NCBI GenBank assembly: GCA_963744995.1
Contig: CAVUWA010000010.1
Span: 480,001-544,000, forward strand
Length of the DNA stretch: 64,000 nucleotides
Source of the DNA: Candidatus Eiseniibacteriota bacterium
Lineage (GTDB): Bacteria > Eisenbacteria > RBG-16-71-46
Direction: 5' to 3'
Part shown: one piece after another, positions 52,606 to 60,261 of the stretch
Position numbering within the stretch: the first letter of the stretch is position 1
Layout: the number at the start of each line of letters is the position of its first letter
Notes under the pieces: generated by a model
What the model saw: only the letters and a program-made list of their open reading frames with translations
What the model was told of the DNA's origin: nothing
The model's database searches: none
Made by a program: the position numbers and the translations under genes

Positions 52606-54917
52606 GCCGCCACCGCCTCGTCGCGGGCGAGCACGCGCCCGAGCGCGTCCACGACCTGTGGATCGAACTGCCCGCCGGCGTGGCGCCTCAACTCCTCGAC
52701 CGCCTCGCCGCGCGAGCGCGCCGTGCGATACGGACGGCCGCGTACCATGCTGTCGTAGGCGTCGGTGACCGCGAGGATCCGCGCGCCGAGTGGAATGGCC
52801 TCGCCCGCGAGCCCGCGCGGGTAACCCGTCCCGTCCCAGTTCTCGTGATGGCTGAGGATCACCTCGCGCACCGAGCCCAGGTATTCGAGCGGGCGCAGGA
52901 TCTCGATGCTCACCGCCGGGTGCGACTGCATCTGCTGCCGCTGCGCCGCCTCGAGCGGCCGGGAATGGGCGACCGTACCCGGCATCGTCGTCATGCCGAC
53001 GTCGTGAATGCTGGCCACGTAGCCGATGACATCGATCTCGGATTCGCTCATCTGCAGCTCGCGCGCGACCGCACGCACCAGCCGCACCAGATCCTGGCCG
53101 CCGAGCAGGCTGTCGCGACGCAGGCGCGTGATGCTGCGCACCGCTTCGATCGCCTCGCGCACGAGCCGATCGCTCTCGGGGTGCGAGCCGGCGCGCTCGA
53201 TCGCGCTGCCGATCCGTTCGACGAGAACGCTGAGCACCGACAGGTCGTCCTCGTCGAACGGCTCCCCGGTCCCCTTGTTGTTCACGTTGAGTACGCCGAG
53301 CACCTCGCCTTCGACTCGCAGCGGCACGCAGAGCAGCGACTTGGTGCTGTACTGAGGGTGATTCAGGCGGCGGAAGCGCGGGTCGGTCTCGATGTTGTTG
53401 ACGAGCAGCGGCCGGCCCCACGCCGCCACCGTACCGGCGACGCCCGAGCGCACCGTGGTGCGGCGGCCGAGCAGGTTCTGCCCTTCGAGTCCGCGCGAAG
53501 CGGCGATGAACAGGTCGCCGCGATCCGGGTCCACGAACATCAGCGAGACGATCTCCGCCTGCATCGCGGCCGCGACCATCCCGGCGGTCTGATCGAACAG
53601 CTCGCGCACGTCGTCCCGGCTCCATACCTGCCGCGCGATGCGCCGTGCGCGCGGGGAGGCCAGCTGGCGCACCGGAAGCTCGAAGCAGAAACGGCTGCCG
53701 TGCGGCTCCACCGGCTCCACCCAGATCCGGCCGCCGTGCAGTTCGACGATGCCGCGCGAGATCGCCAGGCCGAGCCCGGTTCCGTCGGTGTCCGATTCAC
53801 CGGCCTGCCGGGTCCGGAAGAAGCGCTCGAACACGTGCGGCAGCTCGTCCGCGGGGATGCCCGGGCCCTCGTCCTCCACGCTGCCGACCCAGACCTCGCC
53901 GCGGTCGTGACCGACCACCCGGACGCGGCTCGACGGCGGCGAGAACTTGATCGCGTTGCCGATCAGGTTCACCAGCAGACGGCGCACCAGGTCGCGATCG
54001 GCCTCGGGCGTAAGGTCGCCGGGAACGTCGACCTGCACGTCGATCTGACGGCCGCTGGACGCCGGCGCCAGCGACTCCAGCGTCTCCCCCACCAGCTCGG
54101 CGAGCTTGAAGCGCGCGAGGCGCAGCGGGCGTTGCCCGGCCTCGAGCTTCGACAGGTCGAGGATGTCGGTCACGAGCCGCGTGAGCCGGTCGCACTCGTC
54201 GTTGATGATGCCGAGAAAGCGCTCGCGCGGTGCACGGTCGTTCTTGAGGTTGTCGAGCAGCGCCTCGGTGTAGGCCTTGATCGCGGTGAGCGGCGTGCGG
54301 ATCTCGTGCGCGACCACCGACATCAGGTTCGAGGACGCCTCCTCCTCGTGCGCGCGATCGCGATCGAGCTGATCCTTGCCGCGCCGTACCCGGTCGAGAT
54401 CACGGTTCAGCCGGTCGCGTTCGAGCGCGAAGCCGAGCGTATCGCCGAGCGCCTGCAGGAACATGCGGTCCGCAGGGTCGAATTCACGCGGCTCCGCGAA
54501 TGCGATCAGCAGCACCCCCTGCAGCGCCCCGCCGACTTCGAGCGTGATCGCCGCCAGCGCACGCGGCGCTTCGGCCCACAGAGCGCGCTCCATGGGCGTC
54601 TCGGACGCCGGCGCCGGCTCGTAGACGCTGGCCTCGCCGCGCACGGCCCGCTCGACCGGACCGCCGGCGTCGGCCAGGTAGGGTGTCTCGGCGCCCGAGG
54701 CTTCGATCGAGCGCAGCGAGCCGCTGCGGAGGTCCACGCGCACGACCCGGTAGTCGAGCCCGTCGAGCCCGTGGACCGCGCATGCGCCGACGATCGAGCA
54801 GGCCGTTCCCAGATCGTCCGTGCTGCGTGCGGCGAGCAGAGCCTGCGCGAGCATCGGCAGGCGGTCGAGGTGTCCGGCCGTCCCCGCGACGTTCGTGGCA
54901 TGAGGCTCGGTGTGCAT
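52602..54917 (-). CDS. GAF-HisKA-HATPase-GAF-HD-GYP fusion protein (paralogue)
   Basis: AHEIRTPL, NLIGNAIKFS, DEGPGI, GTGLGL; GAF (GVAGTV, LCVPL, NNK, F.EDD); HDVG, HHENWDGTGYP, RPYR. Confidence 0.9.
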   Translation of the reverse strand: MHTEPHATNVAGTAGHLDRLPMLAQALLAARSTDDLGTACSIVGACAVHGLDGLDYRVVRVDLRSGSLRSIEASGAETPYLADAGGPVERAVRGEASVYEPAPASETPMERALWAEAPRALAAITLEVGGALQGVLLIAFAEPREFDPADRMFLQALGDTLGFALERDRLNRDLDRVRRGKDQLDRDRAHEEEASSNLMSVVAHEIRTPLTAIKAYTEALLDNLKNDRAPRERFLGIINDECDRLTRLVTDILDLSKLEAGQRPLRLARFKLAELVGETLESLAPASSGRQIDVQVDVPGDLTPEADRDLVRRLLVNLIGNAIKFSPPSSRVRVVGHDRGEVWVGSVEDEGPGIPADELPHVFERFFRTRQAGESDTDGTGLGLAISRGIVELHGGRIWVEPVEPHGSRFCFELPVRQLASPRARRIARQVWSRDDVRELFDQTAGMVAAAMQAEIVSLMFVDPDRGDLFIAASRGLEGQNLLGRRTTVRSGVAGTVAAWGRPLLVNNIETDPRFRRLNHPQYSTKSLLCVPLRVEGEVLGVLNVNNKGTGEPFDEDDLSVLSVLVERIGSAIERAGSHPESDRLVREAIEAVRSITRLRRDSLLGGQDLVRLVRAVARELQMSESEIDVIGYVASIHDVGMTTMPGTVAHSRPLEAAQRQQMQSHPAVSIEILRPLEYLGSVREVILSHHENWDGTGYPRGLAGEAIPLGARILAVTDAYDSMVRGRPYRTARSRGEAVEELRRHAGGQFDPQVVDALGRVLARDEAVAA

Positions 54918-54930
54918 GCGGCTCTCCGGA

Positions 54931-55908
54931 TCAGGCGGCGGACTGGTCTTCGGCCGCCTCATCGCCGAGGGGGTTGCGGCGCTCGCCCACCAGCACGCTG
55001 CCGGCGATCCCTTTGCCCAGCGCCTTGAGCTCCTGCGCGACGTCCGTGAGGTGCGCCAGGTGCTGGACCTTCACCCGGTCGGTGCGGACCAGCGCGACCG
55101 TCAGGCTCATGAGCGGAAAACGGTCCACGGTGTGCTGCCGGTTGAGCACCTGCACGCAGCCGCTCTTCAGATCTCCCGCGTCGTAGAGGGTCGGCACGAG
55201 CGCGTCGAACCGCGCGAGCACGTCGCGGCCCATGGCCTCGGCATGCTCGGTGCCCGTGATCACCACGAAGTCGTCGCCGCCGATGTGGCCCACGAACGTG
55301 CGGTGGTCGTCGCGCTCACGCGCGGCGTCCACGAGCAGGCGCGCGACCGCCTGGATGGCCTGGTCGCCGCGGGTGTAGCCGTAGCGGTCGTTGAATGCCT
55401 TGAAGAAGTCGATGTCGATCTGCATGAACGCGAACGGCATGTCCGCGGCGAGCCGCCTGGAAAGTTCCTCGTCGATGCTGAGGTTGCCGGGCAGCCCGGT
55501 GAGCGGGCTCGCGGCGCGTTGCTGGCGGCTCCACTCCAGCGCGTTGCGTACGCGCACCACGAGCTCCTCGCGCTCCCACGGCTTCGTCACGTAGTCGTTC
55601 GCGCCGCCCTCGAGCCCGATCACCTTGTCGGCGGGGGTGCTCTTGGCGGTCAGCATGATGATCGGCACGTGACGGGTGAGGTAGGAGGCGCGCAGCTGGC
55701 GGCACGCTTCGTACCCGTCCATGCGCGGCATCATCACGTCGAGGAGGATCAGATCGGGCGGGTCGGTGGTGGCGAGCTCCAGCGCCTCCTGTCCATCCTG
55801 CGTTTCGCGCACGTCGAAGCCGGCGTTCTCGAGTTGAAAACGCAGAATCTCACGAAGATGCGGTTCATCTTCGGCGATGATGAGCCTGGCCTTGGTCACG
55901 GGTGCCAC
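54931..55908 (-). CDS. REC-GGDEF response regulator / diguanylate cyclase
   Basis: REC (AEDE, LDVMMP, KPW); PLTGLPGN, DIDFFKAFNDRYGY..GD, HIGGDDF. Confidence 0.92.
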   Translation of the reverse strand: MAPVTKARLIIAEDEPHLREILRFQLENAGFDVRETQDGQEALELATTDPPDLILLDVMMPRMDGYEACRQLRASYLTRHVPIIMLTAKSTPADKVIGLEGGANDYVTKPWEREELVVRVRNALEWSRQQRAASPLTGLPGNLSIDEELSRRLAADMPFAFMQIDIDFFKAFNDRYGYTRGDQAIQAVARLLVDAARERDDHRTFVGHIGGDDFVVITGTEHAEAMGRDVLARFDALVPTLYDAGDLKSGCVQVLNRQHTVDRFPLMSLTVALVRTDRVKVQHLAHLTDVAQELKALGKGIAGSVLVGERRNPLGDEAAEDQSAA

Positions 55909-55963
55909 GGCCTCCGGGGGTTCCGTTCAGTCCACTGCCGCACAATGGGTTCCACCCTGCGAA

Positions 55964-55979
55964 CGCAATCCATGTGCCA
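55964..55979 (-). promoter_or_regulatory. Sigma54 (-24/-12) promoter
   Basis: TGGCAC-ATGGA-TTGC(G) on the minus strand matches TGGCAC-N5-TTGC, about 55 bp before the REC-GGDEF start. Confidence 0.7.
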
Positions 55980-56143
55980 TCCGGCCCACGCGCGCCGGGG
56001 TGGACCGGGGGTGCGAATTCGCTTGGAATTACCGGGGAAATATCGGGTTGCGCCACAGGGCCAAACCGCACGGCCGCGACCGGGCAGGTTGCACTTCGCA
56101 ATCTCGACCCTCGAAACGGCGGATTTTGCCCGCAGGCGCCGCG

Positions 56144-57211
56144 TCAGCGCGGGAGCCAGCCGGAGGCCTCGAGCGAGGCCACGGCGTCGAGCTCCGGGTC
56201 CGACACCTCGCCGCGTGCGAGGCGGCGGGCGCCGAGGTAGGCGACCATCGCCGCGTTGTCGGCGCACAGTCGTGGCGAGGGAATCTGCAGACCCCCTCCC
56301 GCGCGCTCGCACAGCCGCGCGAGACGCTCGCGCAGCTCGCGATTGCAGGCGACTCCGCCACCGAGGACGAGCGTGCGGGCCCGTGTCTGGCGCAGCGCGC
56401 GTTCGACCCTGGCGCACAACGTGTCCACCACCGCCGCCTGGAACGAGGCGGCGACGTCGGCGGTCAGGGCTTCCGGATAGGGCGCCGTGCCGTGCGGCGC
56501 GAGCGCGAGGGCCACGGCCGTCTTGAGTCCCGAGAACGAGAAGTCGAGTCCCGGTCGGTCGAGCATCGGGCGCGGGAAGTCGAACGCGTCGCGGCGGCCG
56601 CTGGCCGCGAGCCGGTCGATCACCGGTCCGCCCGGGAAACCCAGGCCCATCAGCTTCGCCACCTTGTCGTAGGCCTCGCCCGCCGCGTCGTCGCGCGTGC
56701 TGCCGAGCCAGCGGTAGGCGCCGAGTCCGCGCACCTCCACCAGCTCGGTATGGCCACCGGAGACGATCAGCGCGACGGCGGGATACGCAGGCTCGCCGTG
56801 CTCGAGGCCCGCGGCGTGCAGGTGCGCCTCGATGTGGTCCACGCCGATCACCGGCCGGTCGAGCGCGAGGCCGAGCGCCTTGGCGAACGACACGCCGACC
56901 ACGAGCGAGCCGATGAGGCCCGGCGCGCGCGTGACCGCGATGGCGCTGATGTCGCGCGCACTCACCGCGGCCTCGTCGAGCGCGCGGTCCACCATGCGCG
57001 GCAGCAATTCGAGATGCGCGCGCGAGGCCAGCTCCGGCACCACCCCCCCGTAGAGCCGGTGCACGTCCTGCGCCGCGATCAGGTGGGCGCGCAGCGTGCG
57101 CCCGCGCTCGAGCACCGCGACCGACGTGTCGTCGCACGACGTCTCGATGCCGAGCACGAGTCGTGCGACGTCCGGCTCGAGCGCCGGGGGGCCGGACCGC
57201 GCGGCGCTCAT
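56144..57211 (-). CDS. tsaD: tRNA N6-adenosine threonylcarbamoyltransferase
   Basis: LGIETSCDDT, GGVVPELASRAH, HIEAH, SGGHT, DDAAGEAYDK, FSFSGLKTA, DNAAM. Confidence 0.97.
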   Translation of the reverse strand: MSAARSGPPALEPDVARLVLGIETSCDDTSVAVLERGRTLRAHLIAAQDVHRLYGGVVPELASRAHLELLPRMVDRALDEAAVSARDISAIAVTRAPGLIGSLVVGVSFAKALGLALDRPVIGVDHIEAHLHAAGLEHGEPAYPAVALIVSGGHTELVEVRGLGAYRWLGSTRDDAAGEAYDKVAKLMGLGFPGGPVIDRLAASGRRDAFDFPRPMLDRPGLDFSFSGLKTAVALALAPHGTAPYPEALTADVAASFQAAVVDTLCARVERALRQTRARTLVLGGGVACNRELRERLARLCERAGGGLQIPSPRLCADNAAMVAYLGARRLARGEVSDPELDAVASLEASGWLPR

Positions 57212-57537
57212 GCGTCCTCCGGCGACAGCGCCGTCTCCAGCCACTCGAGGTACTTCGGCGCGCCCGCCGCCATGCGCACGGCGATGCACTCGGGCACCTC
57301 GTAGGGATGCAGCTCGTGGAGCCGCGACAGCAGCGCCGTCCAATCCTGCTTGCGCGCCTTCATGATCGCCAGCACCTCGCGTGCGTCGGCGACCTCGCCC
57401 TCCCAGCGATAGAGGCTGCGCACGCCGGGCACCAGGTTCGCGCACCCGATCAGACGCTCCTCGACCAGCACCCGGGTGACGCGGGCGGCGTCCTCTTCGC
57501 TGGCGAACGTGGAATAGACGATCAACAGGTCGGTCAT
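57208..57537 (-). CDS. cutA: Divalent-cation tolerance protein CutA
   Basis: LVEERLIGCAN, SLYRWEG, HPYEVPE, YLEW. Confidence 0.93.
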   Translation of the reverse strand: MTDLLIVYSTFASEEDAARVTRVLVEERLIGCANLVPGVRSLYRWEGEVADAREVLAIMKARKQDWTALLSRLHELHPYEVPECIAVRMAAGAPKYLEWLETALSPEDA

Positions 57538-57589
57538 GGGTTCTCCGTGGCGGGAGGCGATTCTAGCGGCGCGCGCTGCGCATCGCGAG

Positions 57590-57783
57590 CCCCGCGCAAG
57601 CCGCCGGCGGTGGCCGCGCCCCGGGCGAGGCCCTGCCGGGGGGTCGCACGGCCGCGCCGGAGAGCCATGGATGGCGGGCGCGGCCGCTGCACAAACGAGG
57701 CTCGGCCAGGATGGCCGGGCCGAAGTGTCCCCCCGGCAGGGAGCTCGCCCGGGGCGCGGCCACCGCCGGCGGCTTGCGCGGGG
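57590..57783. repeat. 194-bp palindromic (Y-shaped) element
   Basis: 40-bp perfect inverted repeat (57590-57629/57744-57783) plus a 13-bp stem (57631-57643/57729-57741), enclosing two hairpins capped by GCCATGGATGGC and GCCAGGATGGC. Confidence 0.9.
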
Positions 57784-57859
57784 GTGGGCCATCGGGGAGA
57801 TTTCACGCCCCGGAGGGGCCTCGGGCCCGCGGATCCCGGAGACAAGGAGTGCAACCCCC

Positions 57860-58915
57860 GTGGCGCGGCGAACGAAACGCGGAAAACGGACTCCCCCCGT
57901 CAGGCGCTTCCGCTGGAGCCGCTCCAGCGACGAGCTGCTGCTCGGCCTGCGCATGTCGGATCTCGGCGTGCGGCTCGAGACCTCTTGGATGATGAAGGTG
58001 GTCAAGGAGCTCTTCCGCGAGCTCGACCGGCGCAACGTGCGGATCAGGCCGCACCTCTGGGTGTCGCACGACTTCTTTTCGCCCGAGGGCATCCCCGGCA
58101 TCGCCGTGCCGTTCTACCTCATGCATCCGCGGCTGATGCGCCTCGAGCGGAGCCAGATGCTTGAGGTCGAAGGCGGCTCGCGCGACGAGTGCCTGCGCAT
58201 CCTGCGTCACGAGTGCGGCCACGCCGTGCAGCACGCCTATCAGCTGCAGCGGCGGCGCAGCTGGCAGCGTCTGTTCGGCAGCGCGACGCGGCGCTATCCC
58301 GACTACTACCGGCCCAATCCGTCGAGTCGTCGCTTCGTCCAGCACCTGCGCCTCTACTACGCCCAGAGTCACCCGGTCGAGGATTTCGCCGAGACCTTCG
58401 CGGTGTGGCTGCAGCCGCGCGCCGCGTGGCGCAAGCGCTACGAAGGCTGGCCCGCGCTCAAGAAGCTCGAGTTCGTGGACGAGCTGATGGCCGAGCTCGC
58501 GGAACAGCGGCCGCCGGCGGTCAGCCGTGCGGTCGTCGACCCCGTGCATCGCCTGCGCACGACCCTGCGCGAGTACTACGACGAGAAGCACGAGCGCTAC
58601 GCCACGACCCACACGGACATCTACGACCGCGACCTCCGGCGCCTGTTCTCGGACGATCCGAAGCATGTCCGGCGCGAGCTGGCCTCACGCTTCCTGCGCC
58701 GCAACCGGGTCGAGATCCGCCGCCTCGTCGCGCGCTGGACCGGCGAGTACCAGTTCACGCTCGATCAGGTGCTCAACGACATGATCGGCCGCTGTCGCGA
58801 GCTGCGCCTGCGGGTGGTGGGCGCCGAGCGCGAGTCGCGAATCGAATTCGCCGTCCTGCTCACCGTGAAGACGATGCACCTCCACTACAGCAGCCGGAAC
58901 TGGATCGCGCTGTGA
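57860..58915 (+). CDS. Putative zinc-binding metallopeptidase (Peptidase_Mx-like)
   Basis: GTG 57860 after AAGGAG; RHECGHA (HExxH) and YAQSHPVEDFAETFAVW. Confidence 0.8.
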   Translation: MARRTKRGKRTPPVRRFRWSRSSDELLLGLRMSDLGVRLETSWMMKVVKELFRELDRRNVRIRPHLWVSHDFFSPEGIPGIAVPFYLMHPRLMRLERSQMLEVEGGSRDECLRILRHECGHAVQHAYQLQRRRSWQRLFGSATRRYPDYYRPNPSSRRFVQHLRLYYAQSHPVEDFAETFAVWLQPRAAWRKRYEGWPALKKLEFVDELMAELAEQRPPAVSRAVVDPVHRLRTTLREYYDEKHERYATTHTDIYDRDLRRLFSDDPKHVRRELASRFLRRNRVEIRRLVARWTGEYQFTLDQVLNDMIGRCRELRLRVVGAERESRIEFAVLLTVKTMHLHYSSRNWIAL

Positions 58916-58953
58916 GACGCGCGGGTGCGGCGCCGGGCACGGGAGGGCGCGCC

Positions 58954-59976
58954 GTGAAACGACTGCGCGTGCTCGTGCTGATGCACCCCTCGCTGGTCCC
59001 ACCGGACAGCATGAAGGGCTACAGCGAGAAGGAGTCGTACGCTTGGAAGACCGAGTTCGACGTGGTCTCGACGCTGCGGCGCATGCGTCACGAGGTGCGC
59101 CCGCTCGGCGTGCAGGACGAACTCCTGCCGATCCGCGACGCGGTCGAGGAGTGGAAGCCCCACGTGGTGTTCAACCTGCTCGAGGAATTCCACGGCATCA
59201 GCGAGTTCGACAGCCACGTGGTGAGCTACCTCGAACTGCTCCGGGTGCCCTACACCGGCTGCAATCCGCGCGGGCTGATGATCGCCCGCGGCAAGGCGCT
59301 GTCGAAGAAGCTGGTGCACTACCATCGCATTCACGTGCCTTCGTTCACCGTGGTTCCGCGCGGCCAGAAGGTGCGCCGGCCACGCTCCATGGAATTTCCG
59401 CTGATCGTGAAGAGCCTGACCGAGGAGGCCTCGCTCGGCATTTCGCAGGCATCGGTGGTCGAGAACGACGAACGGCTCGAGGAACGCGTGCGCTTCATCC
59501 ACGAGAGCGTCGAATCGGACGCGATCGTCGAGCAGTTCATCGAGGGCCGCGAGCTGTACGTCGGCGTGATCGGCAACCGCCGGCTTCAGGTCCTGCCGGT
59601 CTGGGAGCTGCGCTTCGAGAACCTCGCCGCCGGCAGCGCGGCGATCGCGACCGCGCGCGTCAAGCACGATCCCGACTACCAGGAGAAGCGCGGCATCTTC
59701 CAGCAGCCGGCCGAGGGCCTCGACGAGGCGCAGATCGCCTCGATCCAGCGCACCACGAAGCGGATCTACCGCACCCTCGAGCTCGACGGCTACGCGCGCA
59801 TCGACTACCGGCTGAGCGAGGACGGTACGCTGTACTTCCTCGAGGCCAACCCGAACCCCGACATCGCCACCACCAACGAGTTCGCCTCCGCCGCCGATGA
59901 GGCCGGCATGAAGTACCGCGACCTGCTCCGCAGGATCGTCAACCTCGCCCTGCAGCGCTCCCGCCGCGCCCCCTGA
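58954..59976 (+). CDS. D-Ala-D-Ala-ligase-like ATP-grasp protein
   Basis: VFNLLE, PYTG, PLIVKS..EEASLGI, EQFIEGRE, YARIDYR, LEANPNP; lacks the canonical Ddl N-terminal GG.S.E. Confidence 0.85.
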   Translation: MKRLRVLVLMHPSLVPPDSMKGYSEKESYAWKTEFDVVSTLRRMRHEVRPLGVQDELLPIRDAVEEWKPHVVFNLLEEFHGISEFDSHVVSYLELLRVPYTGCNPRGLMIARGKALSKKLVHYHRIHVPSFTVVPRGQKVRRPRSMEFPLIVKSLTEEASLGISQASVVENDERLEERVRFIHESVESDAIVEQFIEGRELYVGVIGNRRLQVLPVWELRFENLAAGSAAIATARVKHDPDYQEKRGIFQQPAEGLDEAQIASIQRTTKRIYRTLELDGYARIDYRLSEDGTLYFLEANPNPDIATTNEFASAADEAGMKYRDLLRRIVNLALQRSRRAP

Positions 59977-60261
59977 GCGGGCCGCGTCCCCCGCGCGCCA
60001 TGCGCCGCGCCCCCTGCCGGGCGCTCGCCGCGGTTCTGCCAGCCTGACAGCAACGGCCGCGCATCTGTCGCACCGGCAGCGGCCGGAGCACCGCGCCCGT
60101 CTCCGACCGGCCTCCCAGCGACAAGGGGCCCAACGCGTTCCCGGGGCGACCCTGGCCGCGTCAGGAATTCGTCAAGCGGGCACGACTGATGCTGCGCTCA
60201 TGCTGCGCAGGCCGTTTGCCTCCTTTCATCCCACATCCTCGTCAGCACCGCGGAGGTTTCC

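Noticed and set aside
49894..53625. 1243-aa version of the second kinase
   Set aside because: The extension overlaps the upstream paralogue out of frame; ATG 52605 is coupled to the upstream stop codon.
57590..57783. 6S RNA or SRP RNA
   Set aside because: The size fits 6S, but the stem is near-perfect with no large central bubble and ends in two hairpins; no SRP helix-8 motif is seen. An Rfam scan would be decisive.
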